Shown: in pieces, positions 18,696 to 27,894 of the stretch
Position numbering within the stretch: position 1 is the first letter of the stretch
How the letters are laid out: the number at the start of each line of letters is the position of its first letter
Source: Candidatus Micrarchaeia archaeon
Lineage (GTDB): Archaea; Micrarchaeota; Micrarchaeia; Anstonellales; J096
Direction of reading: 5' to 3'
Assembly: GCA_041500865.1 (NCBI GenBank)
Contig: JBGQMY010000009.1
Span: forward strand, 1-40,976
DNA length: 40,976 nucleotides
Position numbers and translations under genes: made by a program
The notes under the pieces: model-generated
The model's database searches: none
The model's input: only the letters and a program-made list of their open reading frames with translations
What the model was told of the DNA's origin: nothing

Positions 18696-19571
18696 TTATA
18701 CAATACCAGGGAGCAGCATCCCAACAGCAGTGTATAGCCCAATCCCAACCACTATGGAGCCGACTATCGTGGGAAGGGCCGGTATCGGCCTCCTCAGGCG
18801 CCTGAGCGCCTCCATGGTCGCAAAGAACCCCAAGAAGGCAAACAGCAGCGCAAACCAAAGCATGGCCCCGTATTTCATCGAGCAGACAACCATCATGGAC
18901 GCCATGAACAGGTCTCCAGTCCCCAAATCAAGCCTCTTGGACTTCTCTATCTCCTTGTTTTCAGAGAAATCCGCCTCTGCCCCAGGCCTGGCAACAGTGA
19001 CGACCATGGAGATGTTGTTCGTTATTACGGCCTTTGCTATCTCCATCATGTGCCTTGTCATGAACACCGCAATGAAGTCATACGCCACCATCAGGGCGCC
19101 GAACAGCAGCACTGCTTCCATGCCCAGCATCATGCCGAACAGCGCTCCCAGCACCGCTGAAACAATCATGCCATAGACATTGTTCCGTTCCATGGGGAAC
19201 AGCAAACGGCGCACAGAGACAACGGCGCCTATGAAATATCCCGCCATCTCGGCATAGTCAGCATTCACTCCGGCATACTGCATGACTATGGCGGATGCCA
19301 ATGCGAAGCAGAAGAATATGGATATGATTTCGACCAGCCTCATCGCGTATTTTATGAGCCCTAGCCTGTTGATTAGCAGGAATCCGATTGCGCCGATGAC
19401 GATGTAGGCGAAGATGGCCAGCGCGTCCACGATGGGCCCGCCCCCCGTCGGCGAGACGCCCTGCAGCTCCGCGATTCCGATGGGCGCCGTTGTCAGCATC
19501 ATCGCGCCCAGCATGGTCGAGAACAGCACGGTGTATGCGTAGATGAAGAACAGCTCAAGCCTCAGGTCCAT
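18696..19571 (-). CDS. Presenilin/signal-peptide-peptidase-like GxGD intramembrane aspartyl protease
   Basis: Multi-TM protein with YD (AYDFIAVF), LGTGD and PALP motifs; start chosen from TATA spacing. Confidence 0.88.
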   Translation of the reverse strand: MDLRLELFFIYAYTVLFSTMLGAMMLTTAPIGIAELQGVSPTGGGPIVDALAIFAYIVIGAIGFLLINRLGLIKYAMRLVEIISIFFCFALASAIVMQYAGVNADYAEMAGYFIGAVVSVRRLLFPMERNNVYGMIVSAVLGALFGMMLGMEAVLLFGALMVAYDFIAVFMTRHMMEIAKAVITNNISMVVTVARPGAEADFSENKEIEKSKRLDLGTGDLFMASMMVVCSMKYGAMLWFALLFAFLGFFATMEALRRLRRPIPALPTIVGSIVVGIGLYTAVGMLLPGIV

Positions 19572-19601
19572 GACTCGCATGTGCGGCAAAGGGGTTAAAA
19601 A

Positions 19602-20069
19602 TCAGATGCCGATGCAATCGCTGAACGGCATGATGAACGCGCTTCCAATCAATCCAAAAAAGTCTATTGACTCAAGCATCCTAGAGGTCCGGCCATGGCC
19701 GCGCCTTCCGGCAACCATCGATGCGGTCCATAGGTCATTGTCAACCATTGCAACAAGCTTCTTTATGTCTCCGCCGGCTTTTGCGCATTCTTTCATCAGA
19801 ACCATGCAGTTTTTGGTTTGTCCGAAGCTTGCAGCCCAGTGCATAACAGTCCAGCCGTCTTTGTCTTTTGCAGTAATGTCAGCTCCTGCCTTGATAAGCC
19901 GCTCTATCTCTTTGTCGTTCTCGTATATTGCTGCATCAATAAGAGCATCGTTGAGATTCTTCTGCTTTTCATCCGGCAATCCAAGCTTCCCGCTTGGCGC
20001 TATGTCATGCTTTGGCTTTATTCTTAACTTTTCAAGCATCCGCTTGAGGAGGGGTTTCTTTTCCTGCAT
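19602..20069 (-). CDS. Ankyrin-repeat protein
   Basis: LIDAA...LIKAGADITAKDKDGWTVMHWAA; ends FSDCIGI. Confidence 0.88.
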   Translation of the reverse strand: MQEKKPLLKRMLEKLRIKPKHDIAPSGKLGLPDEKQKNLNDALIDAAIYENDKEIERLIKAGADITAKDKDGWTVMHWAASFGQTKNCMVLMKECAKAGGDIKKLVAMVDNDLWTASMVAGRRGHGRTSRMLESIDFFGLIGSAFIMPFSDCIGI

Positions 20070-20099
20070 GCCTTTATCTGGCACAAAAGGTGTTAAAAA

Positions 20100-20561
20100 T
20101 CAGGAGGCAAGGCAATCCCTAAAAGATGCCATGAACGGGGCGAACGCATCATCCATAAAATCCGCAAATGCGATGAATGGCCTACTTTTATAATTGCCAA
20201 TTTGCCTGGCTGTTTCGTTATTCATATTCTCTGCGGCAAGCAGCTTCCTTATATTCTTGCCTTTTTTTGCGCATTCTTCCAGAAGCATCATGCAGACTTG
20301 GGCATTTCCAGTCTGGGCAGCCCGATGCAATGCTGTCATGTCTTCGCCATCCTTTGACATGATATCGGCGCCTTCTTTGATGAGCTGAGGTATCCTTTTC
20401 ATGTCCATGCCCCAGCCATAATATGCGCATTTGCGAAGCTCGGCATTGAGATTCTCCTGATTTTCTGAAATTAGCTTAGGATTATCGCTTGGCAGGATGT
20501 CGGATTTGGGTTTTGCCGGCTTATCCGTTTGCGCATTCTTCCGGAGCATTTTTTCCTGCAT
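20100..20561 (-). CDS. Ankyrin-repeat protein (tandem paralog)
   Basis: LIKEGADIMSKDGEDMTALHRAAQTGN; shares the MQEK start and ECAKxG..I.KL segment with its neighbour; ends FRDCLAS. Confidence 0.88.
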   Translation of the reverse strand: MQEKMLRKNAQTDKPAKPKSDILPSDNPKLISENQENLNAELRKCAYYGWGMDMKRIPQLIKEGADIMSKDGEDMTALHRAAQTGNAQVCMMLLEECAKKGKNIRKLLAAENMNNETARQIGNYKSRPFIAFADFMDDAFAPFMASFRDCLAS

Positions 20562-20602
20562 AACCGCATCATGCGCCAAAGAGAATAAAAATAGCGTTGG
20601 CG

Positions 20603-23600
20603 CTAGTCTCTAGTAACCACTTTCACGAACCCGTGCTTCGGGAAATAGATTTCCCCGTTCCTCATCAGCTCGTCTATTATGCGCCTTGTCTTGCCCTCCT
20701 CTATGTTCACGCCCTTCGCCTCCTGGATTATCATCTCAACCTCAACCGCGTCATACTGCGAGGACAGCTCCTTGACTATGTCCATAACTTGGATAATCTT
20801 CTCCCTTTCGCTCTGGCTCCTGCCCGTGCTTATGATGTCAACGTCAATACGTCCAGTCTCCTGGTCAGTCATTATCGCCTTCATGACGTAGTTCATGATA
20901 TCCACCGCAACCTTGGCGTCCCTTTCCTGGACAGTGTCGCTCAGCCTCAGCTTCGCGTTCGCCTCAGCCAAACGGACCAAGCCCTCAAGGTACCTTGGCG
21001 TTATGGGGACAGAGCCGGTCCTCTGCCCCAGGCTCCTCAGGCTCAGGTAAAACTCCTTTATTGCCTTTGCCGCCTCTGCCGTGAGCCTGGGATTGATGTT
21101 CTTCTTTGCGTACGCGATGTATTTCCTGAGGACGTCGGTGCTTATTATGTCCTCCCTCTTTTCGGTTTTTTCATCCCGCTCCTCGCGCGAATCCAGGGCA
21201 TTGAGGTGCGTTCCGAGTATGTGGTCGGCCAGCCTCTCGTCCCTTTGCACGTCCAGTATGTCCAGTATCGGGAATATCAGGTCAAACCTTGAAAGCAGGG
21301 ACGGCGGTATGTCAAACTGCTCGCTTATGTGCTTGTTCTGCTGGAACCTCCCGAATTTCGGGTTTGCCGCAGCCACTATCGCCGTTTTCGCCCTTAGCGT
21401 TGCCACGATGCCAGCCTTGGCTATAGATACGGTGTTGTGCAGTACGGCGCATTCGGATATGAATGCCTGAGTTGGCCTAACAGTAACATCGTAAACCCAT
21501 GCCTCGTTTTCATTCCTTACCTTCTCGGTTTTCCTTATTGCCACAAAGCCGATGTCCCCTGTCGCAAACCTCTCAATGAGCCTGAACTGGCCTTCATTTT
21601 CCAGCATTTTTGCAAGCATGGCCTTGATGGCAGAGCGATACCTTCCAAGGAATATTTTCCTGCATTCCCAGTATGAGACAGTCGCCCTTTTTATCCCGGA
21701 AAATGCCTCAATGTCGTATTGGGACAGGTTTAGCTTCCTGCGGAGCATTATCAGCTCATCATAGCCGCAATTGTCAGCGCTTCCCATCGCGGCGCGCAAG
21801 GCATCAACCTTCTTTCTCATCGTTGCGCATACCTTTTCAAAGTTCCTGCGTGTAAAGCAGAATCCCCTTCTTTGGCTGTAAAGGCCGTAGCCAAGAACGG
21901 AATTTTCATCTATCTTGAGTTTTTTGAGAAGGCTGAGCACGGTTTTTGCGCATCCTGGGACCACGTCGGTGGTGCTCATGTTCCTCGTTTCCTTTTTCAG
22001 GTATTCGTCAAGCCTCTGCCTTTTCTTCTTTCCCAGAAAACCTATGGAGTCGCGGTACCTTTGGATGTTGTCTCTCCCTGTTATTGTCAGGCGGAAGACG
22101 TTTCCATCGGCAAACATATGGCTCCTTATGCCGAACCTCAGAAGAAGCGTCTGCACCTGCTCGATGAAGAACCTGTTTTCCCCGACTAGGCCTATGTAAT
22201 GCTCTGAGAAAGTCCCGTCAGAATCAAACATTGCGCGCAGCATTGCCGACACATGCTCTGGCTTGGCAGACATGAACTGGGGCGGCACTATCTTGTCTGC
22301 GCCCTTGCCGACAAGCGAAGGATGGAGCAGCTCCATCTGCCTCAGCGCACCCATGGAAATCATGCGCACAGCCTTTACCCCAGTTCCCGCCCTTTCCGTA
22401 AAATATGGCGCAACCCCGAAAGAGGCCGTCGCCGCCACGCTGTAATCATCTATCAGGTCATCGTCCTTGTTGTAGAAGTTTATCCCGTTCTTGCAACCGC
22501 GGTTTAGCTCATAGCCGCCGTCTGTTATATGATATCCGGTGACCTTTAGCAGTTCAGGCCTGAATTCTTCCCTGGATTGCGAAAGCGGAAGGCGGCGCGG
22601 CATAAGCGTATAATCCTTTGCTGTCAGTTCTTCCGCCGGCTTTGTCATGACTTCCCCGTTTTCCACCACCCAGAACGGGTGCTCCGGCGTGACCAGGACT
22701 TCGCGCCCGGTCTGCATCACCACCTTTATGAAATATTCCGGGGCCTTGTGCTTGCTGATTTGGTACGGCGCGGTTTCGCTTATCTTGCTGAAATCCGTAG
22801 TAAGGAGCCTGATGCCCCCGATCCCTTCCCTCAGGATAAGGCAGTCTTTTCCGGCCATTATCTTGTCGCGATTCGCTGCCATCAATCCCTCGACCAGTTC
22901 GCCAATCCTCATCTCAATGCCGTCTGAAAGCATGATTTTTGTGTTGAAGTGGTAGCTTTGGCTCTCCATCACTTCGTGAAGCGAGCCCCTGTCCTCGTCG
23001 TCTATCTTGTCGAACTCGTCTATCGCCGCTATGCCGCCGCTTGCCAGCACCAGTGCGCCTGCCTTTAGCGTCCAACCTTCCCCAGACAGCTCGTCCTTTT
23101 CCGCGCTTGCTGTCAACCCAACTCCGGAAACGCTCTTTCCGCTCACGTATATGCTCTTCAGCGCTATGGCTACTGTCTGCTGGAGGAACCTCGTCTTTGC
23201 GATGCCCGGGTCCCCGACAAGCAGCACGTGTATGTCGTCCCTTATCTTTGAGCCGCCGCTCGTTATCTTGTCCTTTGTCCCGCCGAAAAGCTGGAGCGCC
23301 AAGGCCTTCTTGATTTCCCTGTAGCCCCATATGTCCGGGGCGATGGAGTTCGTTATCATGTCCTCAAGGTCTTCCCTTGCCGCAAGCTTGAGTATCTCAG
23401 CCTCGTCCTCCTTCGTTAGCGGTATGTCCTCAAAGTCCTTCTTCAGCTTCCTTATGTGCACGATGTCCACGTGCTTTGAGAAGACGGTGTGCGACTTGTT
23501 CTTGCCCTGGTTCGGGCTTATCCTCAGTATGCCGCTCACCTCGACGTTGTCGCCGGGTATGATTTTGTTGACCAAATCGTCCTCCAGGTTGCATATCACC

Positions 23601-24181
23601 TTGGACGTGGGGCTTCCGGACCTCACCCTTTCCAGCATGTCCTGGACCTCTATCCTCTGCATGTCCAAAAACTTGCTTTCATCCAGCATTTCCTTGAGGA
23701 AGCCCTTCTTGCATATCGGGCACTTTGAAGGCGGGGTGAAATCCTTGATTACGACAAGCTCGAACCTCTCGCTGCACGAGCCGCACTTGTACACGAGCTT
23801 GTGCGCCTTGTTCAGCACGTCGCCCCTCCTGCCAATCAGCCCTTTGAACGAGAAGAACTTGTTCAGGTGCCTTGAGCCTATCTGCTCGACCAGCAGGTTC
23901 CTGTCCGGTATGCCGAAGAACCTAACATGGGGCTTGAAAGCATCCCCGGACGGCGTGGCTATCTTCAGCCCCTCAACGGCTGTCTCGGCCGCCTTTATGA
24001 GGTCGTCAGGGCTGTCGTTGAGCGCGTTGGCCAAGTCCACGTCAAATCCAAGCAGGTCCTTGAAGTCAACCTCAATGCTCCTGTTCTTGGGATAGTCTTT
24101 GAGTATGCGTTCAACCTCCTTCTGGTAAAAGGACGTGAAGAACTGCTCAAACTGCGGGACATATCCCTCAAGGTCTGCCAT
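20603..24181 (-). CDS. mcm: Replicative helicase MCM containing an intein
   Basis: CGSC/CPIC Zn finger, LVGDPGIAKT, AGALVLA, IDEFDK, AAANP, SRFD arginine finger; AGGAGGA SD. Confidence 0.97.
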   Translation of the reverse strand: MADLEGYVPQFEQFFTSFYQKEVERILKDYPKNRSIEVDFKDLLGFDVDLANALNDSPDDLIKAAETAVEGLKIATPSGDAFKPHVRFFGIPDRNLLVEQIGSRHLNKFFSFKGLIGRRGDVLNKAHKLVYKCGSCSERFELVVIKDFTPPSKCPICKKGFLKEMLDESKFLDMQRIEVQDMLERVRSGSPTSKVICNLEDDLVNKIIPGDNVEVSGILRISPNQGKNKSHTVFSKHVDIVHIRKLKKDFEDIPLTKEDEAEILKLAAREDLEDMITNSIAPDIWGYREIKKALALQLFGGTKDKITSGGSKIRDDIHVLLVGDPGIAKTRFLQQTVAIALKSIYVSGKSVSGVGLTASAEKDELSGEGWTLKAGALVLASGGIAAIDEFDKIDDEDRGSLHEVMESQSYHFNTKIMLSDGIEMRIGELVEGLMAANRDKIMAGKDCLILREGIGGIRLLTTDFSKISETAPYQISKHKAPEYFIKVVMQTGREVLVTPEHPFWVVENGEVMTKPAEELTAKDYTLMPRRLPLSQSREEFRPELLKVTGYHITDGGYELNRGCKNGINFYNKDDDLIDDYSVAATASFGVAPYFTERAGTGVKAVRMISMGALRQMELLHPSLVGKGADKIVPPQFMSAKPEHVSAMLRAMFDSDGTFSEHYIGLVGENRFFIEQVQTLLLRFGIRSHMFADGNVFRLTITGRDNIQRYRDSIGFLGKKKRQRLDEYLKKETRNMSTTDVVPGCAKTVLSLLKKLKIDENSVLGYGLYSQRRGFCFTRRNFEKVCATMRKKVDALRAAMGSADNCGYDELIMLRRKLNLSQYDIEAFSGIKRATVSYWECRKIFLGRYRSAIKAMLAKMLENEGQFRLIERFATGDIGFVAIRKTEKVRNENEAWVYDVTVRPTQAFISECAVLHNTVSIAKAGIVATLRAKTAIVAAANPKFGRFQQNKHISEQFDIPPSLLSRFDLIFPILDILDVQRDERLADHILGTHLNALDSREERDEKTEKREDIISTDVLRKYIAYAKKNINPRLTAEAAKAIKEFYLSLRSLGQRTGSVPITPRYLEGLVRLAEANAKLRLSDTVQERDAKVAVDIMNYVMKAIMTDQETGRIDVDIISTGRSQSEREKIIQVMDIVKELSSQYDAVEVEMIIQEAKGVNIEEGKTRRIIDELMRNGEIYFPKHGFVKVVTRD
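21434..22957 (-). mobile_element. 508-aa intein with LAGLIDADG homing endonuclease and an XRE-type HTH
   Basis: Splice junctions HEVMESQ/SYHFNTKI...VLHN/TVSIAKAG; block B VTPEHPF; GYHITDG and AMFDSDG motifs; VYDVTV block F. Removal leaves a 684-aa MCM. Confidence 0.95.
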
Positions 24182-24380
24182 CGTTAATCCTCCTAATGCC
24201 GCTTTTTATTGCATCCCAGACCCCGTTGCCAGCGGCCGGCTTGCGGAGTTTACGGCAATTGCTTGCCATTGCCCGTTTAAAAATGCCGGCTTCAAACCTT
24301 GAACAGGGGTCGCACTTCCGCTAATATTTAGTTAGTTTTATATTCTTTGTCTTATAACATATTCCCAAAGGTAGTTAAAC

Positions 24381-24917
24381 ATGGCAGACTTCATGCTTGT
24401 TTCAGACCCGTATTACAGGGGCGTGCTGGAGAGGTTCGGCTACGACTTTGAGCCGGTCAATGCGGAGATAAAGGACAGGGAGCTGTCAGACGCGAAGAAG
24501 ACCGCGATGTTCAACGCGTTTGTGCGGGCATTCAACCTCAACGAGATGATAAATAGGAACCTTCCCATTATATCGGTCTGCTCATACCTCGGCGTCGGCA
24601 ACTCCATAGTCGGCATAACCAGGGACGAGGAGGCCGCAAGGAAGGCCTGCATGTCCATGTCTGACGCATGGGTGTCCATGCACTGCGCGGTCTCCGCGGC
24701 ATACAAGAACAGCATAGCGACTGAATGCGAGACGCTGGACATGAGGATGAAGCACATAGACATGGACTTTGTCAACAGCATAATCAAGACGCAGAACCTG
24801 CATGAGAAGCCCGGATGCCTGTCCATAGACTTTGTCAAGGAATGGAACGGCGACATCGGATTGATGAAGGGGACCGGCAGGGAGCTGGTTGACAAGGCGC
24901 TTGCAAAGGTAATGTGA
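24381..24917 (+). CDS. Divergent Maf/ITPase-fold protein, catalytic residues apparently lost
   Basis: Pattern colinear with Maf along its length (FMLVSDPYYRGVLERFGYDF; IVGITRDEEAARK..MS; HEKPGCLSI; NGDIGLMKG) but lacking the SPRR, GADT and GKP motifs. Confidence 0.55.
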   Translation: MADFMLVSDPYYRGVLERFGYDFEPVNAEIKDRELSDAKKTAMFNAFVRAFNLNEMINRNLPIISVCSYLGVGNSIVGITRDEEAARKACMSMSDAWVSMHCAVSAAYKNSIATECETLDMRMKHIDMDFVNSIIKTQNLHEKPGCLSIDFVKEWNGDIGLMKGTGRELVDKALAKVM

Positions 24918-25717
24918 TGCTTGAGTTTATCAACCAATATTTCATCAACCCAATCAACGAGCACGCAGGATACAACATGGTCAACACGGCCGTTTATGTC
25001 GTCATAGCGCTCGCTGCGCTATACCTAATAAGGCAGTTCCTGAGGTCCCGCAAGGTTGAGATTGACAACTACTTCATTTACACTGTCATCGCGTTCGTGC
25101 TTTTCGGCTCTACCAAGAGAGTCATAACAGACGCGATAGACTCAGGCATGCAGTTCAATCCGCTGGTAAACAGCCTGCTTTCGTACAACGCCTTCAACGT
25201 GACGCCCGGCATCTACGTCTTTGTCGGAGGCCTTTTTTTGATTTCAGTTGCCATTGATTATTTTACAAAAAGGAAGGTCGCCCTCTGGATAGGAGTAGCC
25301 TTATTCTTGGCCCATCTCCTGGTCCTTCTTTCGCTGCTTTACCGCATAAACCTGTTCTATTTCGGGATGATAGGCGTGCTCGCCGCCATTCCGTTTGCCG
25401 CGCTCTATCCGTATTTCAAGGACAAGCTGATGCCATTCGTGATATTTTCCCAGGCATTGGACGGAGGGGCGACCTTCACGGCCCTTGACCTGAAGGGCGG
25501 CTATTTTGAGCAGCACGTCTTCTCCAATTTCATAGGCCAGAACTTCGGCTTCTTTGCTTTCTACCTGCTAAAAGTGGCACTGGCCACAGCCTTCGTTTAC
25601 CTGGTTGACAAGGAGAAGATGGACAGTTTTGACAAGCGCTACCTGCTCGTCATTGCCATGGTTTTCGGCCTTGCGCCGGGCTTGAGGGACCTGCTCAGGA
25701 TTGCGTTTGGCGTTTAA
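24914..25717 (+). CDS. DUF63-family integral membrane protein
   Basis: GYNMVNT, RVITDA, TPGIY, QALDGGAT, YFEQH, GLAPGLRDLLR motifs; many TM helices. Confidence 0.85.
   Translation: MMLEFINQYFINPINEHAGYNMVNTAVYVVIALAALYLIRQFLRSRKVEIDNYFIYTVIAFVLFGSTKRVITDAIDSGMQFNPLVNSLLSYNAFNVTPGIYVFVGGLFLISVAIDYFTKRKVALWIGVALFLAHLLVLLSLLYRINLFYFGMIGVLAAIPFAALYPYFKDKLMPFVIFSQALDGGATFTALDLKGGYFEQHVFSNFIGQNFGFFAFYLLKVALATAFVYLVDKEKMDSFDKRYLLVIAMVFGLAPGLRDLLRIAFGV
25671..25717 (+). repeat. 47-bp direct repeat, copy 1 (3' end of DUF63 gene)
   Basis: TTGCGCCGGGCTTGAGGGACCTGCTCAGGATTGCGTTTGGCGTTTAA; 45/47 identical to 26348-26394. Confidence 0.95.
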
Positions 25718-26084
25718 TCTCTTTTTCCAGCTGCCTGTCAAATGTGAGCGCCTTCTGCCCATGCTTTTTTGATACGAGCAATATTGCGTAATCCACATAG
25801 CTCATTCTTTGTCCGGTATTTTCTGCCATTTCGAATGTTTCCTCTTCTTCGGACTTGTCCAGGGAATATACCAGGATTCTGCGGTTTGCTTTAAGTTTTC
25901 CGATGCATTCAATGGCGAATCCAGTGCCCTTCTTGTATACAAGAACCGTAAATGTTTCTTCCAGCACCCTGTCCAGGGCGATTATCTCCTCTTTGCCGCT
26001 TTCAAGCGACATTTCAACAGCTTTTTCATGATGCTCGTCATTGGCCAGGAAAAGGGCAACAAGGAAAGACGTGTCCGCAATCAT
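25695..26084 (-). CDS. vapC: PIN-domain toxin (VapC)
   Basis: MIADTSFL, VLEET, SYVD, LTFD acidic PIN residues; ATGA overlap with the antitoxin stop. Confidence 0.88.
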   Translation of the reverse strand: MIADTSFLVALFLANDEHHEKAVEMSLESGKEEIIALDRVLEETFTVLVYKKGTGFAIECIGKLKANRRILVYSLDKSEEEETFEMAENTGQRMSYVDYAILLVSKKHGQKALTFDRQLEKEIKRQTQS

Positions 26085-26314
26085 CTGGAAACACCGTAGG
26101 CTATCCTGTCCACGTTTTCGCTTATCCTTTCCTTTTTCCTGCTGCGTCCGGGAAGCCCGCCAATCCATTTCAGCAGTTCCGCCCATCCCTCGGTTTTTTC
26201 CTCATTTCCGGTTTCCACACTGGAAATTATCACGTCGCTGAAGCTCATGCCCTCCTTTTTCAGCAGCCTCATGCGCCTGTACGCCTCCTCGGATATGCTT
26301 ATGACCTTTACCAT
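26081..26314 (-). CDS. vapB: Archaeal VapB-type antitoxin
   Basis: MVKVISISEEAYRRMRLLKKEGMSFSDVI N-terminus; directly upstream of the PIN gene. Confidence 0.85.
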   Translation of the reverse strand: MVKVISISEEAYRRMRLLKKEGMSFSDVIISSVETGNEEKTEGWAELLKWIGGLPGRSRKKERISENVDRIAYGVSR

Positions 26315-26347
26315 ATGCATATAGCATGCGCATACATTTTAAAAACA

Positions 26348-26394
26348 TTGCGCCGGGCTTGAGGGACCTGCTCAGGATTGCATTTGGCGTATAA
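26348..26394 (+). repeat. 47-bp direct repeat, copy 2 (orphan DUF63 3' end)
   Basis: TTGCGCCGGGCTTGAGGGACCTGCTCAGGATTGCATTTGGCGTATAA. Confidence 0.95.
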
Positions 26395-26465
26395 CCGCCG
26401 GAGCATACCACATTTTAAATCCTTTTTATACACAATAGCCATGTTGCCGGTTTGGATGGTCAGAC

Positions 26466-27578
26466 ATGAATGTGGAATGCCCTAAGTTTGCATATGAAAA
26501 AATTACAAAAAACAAGGCGCTTCACAGCAGAATCATCAGGAAAAAGGACAAATGGGGGGACGTTCTAATAGGATGTGGCCTTGGCGGAACAGAGTGGAGG
26601 ATAATTGACAAAGCCAAAAAATACCTCAAGGACATCAAGGACTTGTCAAAAATAGACATGATGCTCAAGAAAATCTATTTGGATATTCTTGAATTTGACC
26701 AGATAATGGAAAGGCTTGATTATTTTTGCATAGACAAAAGCGAGTTGCTGATAAAACACCCTACGTTACTGGCATATGCGATTCTGGGCAAGGATATCCT
26801 CAACCCGCAAAAATACGGCTTCAAGTCAAGGCGTCAGCTTGAGGAGTCAATAGCAAGCTTCTGCATCGGGGAACACTGGAACCTTGGCTATGCCCATGGA
26901 GAAAGGTATGTCTGGAGAAATCGGCAATACAAAAACATGTTCTGCAATGCCCCGCATGGCGACCTCTCCTTAAGCCAGGTAGAAGTGTCCGGCTACCACC
27001 GGACGTTTGACACCTTATTCGGGACTGAGGAGGATTTTGACACATGGAAAGACACAGGGGATTATACGGAATACCTCACATCATTCCAGAACTGGAGCAG
27101 CATCCTGATGTGCGTCCTCAGGTACGCCGAGGCAATCGGGAAAGGGAGGATTCCCGAGATAACCGATTGGAAAGAGATAGAAAAAGGGCTTGGCGGTTCC
27201 GTTCCTGCGACTGCAGAGGCATTGTTTGGAGGCGACCACTTACATCTGGAATTTCTGGTCGATTACCCTATTTTGATTGAGGGAAAAGATGTAGACCGCA
27301 TGCCCCTGGGCGTTATGTCCGGCATCAGCGATGAGGCGTTCCTGAATTTAGCCTATGTTAAGGGCGGCAAACTGTGTTTCTTGAGGGAAGACAAGAATGG
27401 AAGCATATCCCCGCTAAACAGGGGGTATTTCAAGGGCAAAAGGTATTCCGTCCACATGGATTTCGAGGAATCGGACCTGCCGGATTTGCTGAAAGGCATA
27501 TACAAGCTTTACTCAAGGGACAAGAGGGAGCTGCCTAAGCTCATGGACGAGTTCATGAAAAACCCCACCTCTAAATGA
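26466..27578 (+). CDS. Hypothetical soluble protein (370 aa)
   Basis: Long ORF with natural composition; no motif recognised. Confidence 0.7.
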   Translation: MNVECPKFAYEKITKNKALHSRIIRKKDKWGDVLIGCGLGGTEWRIIDKAKKYLKDIKDLSKIDMMLKKIYLDILEFDQIMERLDYFCIDKSELLIKHPTLLAYAILGKDILNPQKYGFKSRRQLEESIASFCIGEHWNLGYAHGERYVWRNRQYKNMFCNAPHGDLSLSQVEVSGYHRTFDTLFGTEEDFDTWKDTGDYTEYLTSFQNWSSILMCVLRYAEAIGKGRIPEITDWKEIEKGLGGSVPATAEALFGGDHLHLEFLVDYPILIEGKDVDRMPLGVMSGISDEAFLNLAYVKGGKLCFLREDKNGSISPLNRGYFKGKRYSVHMDFEESDLPDLLKGIYKLYSRDKRELPKLMDEFMKNPTSK

Positions 27579-27894
27579 GCCCAACGGCAAGCGACGCCGC
27601 ATTGCACACTAAGCTGGCCAATATGGCATCTTCCCACCCTATCTTTCCAAACAGCCAGCGGTAAACGGCTGCTTCTACACCAAAGGCAAACAGCTCCGCA
27701 ATTGATGTTCCAATAAGCCAGCCAAAACCAAATGCCGGAAACGCAAACCAGACGAACGGCAGCGTGAGCGAGTTCGCGGTTATTGAATTCCGGGCGATTA
27801 GCCAGGCCGGATATCTTTTGTGCAACAGCAGGAACAGCAAAACAGTCTCAACCGCAACAGTGACAATATACGCAGACGCGAAATCCAGGGGCAT
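27571..27894 (-). CDS. Small integral membrane protein
   Basis: About four hydrophobic segments with TVAVE, ANSLTLPFVW, AELFAFGVEA, CNAAS. Confidence 0.75.
   Translation of the reverse strand: MPLDFASAYIVTVAVETVLLFLLLHKRYPAWLIARNSITANSLTLPFVWFAFPAFGFGWLIGTSIAELFAFGVEAAVYRWLFGKIGWEDAILASLVCNAASLAVGLI

Noticed and set aside
24291..24309. TTCAA-ACC-TTGAA-CAGGGG upstream of mcm next to an AT-rich stretch, resembling an ORB element
   Set aside because: Single copy, no cdc6/orc1 nearby, and the AT-rich part is explained by promoters; not enough to call an origin.
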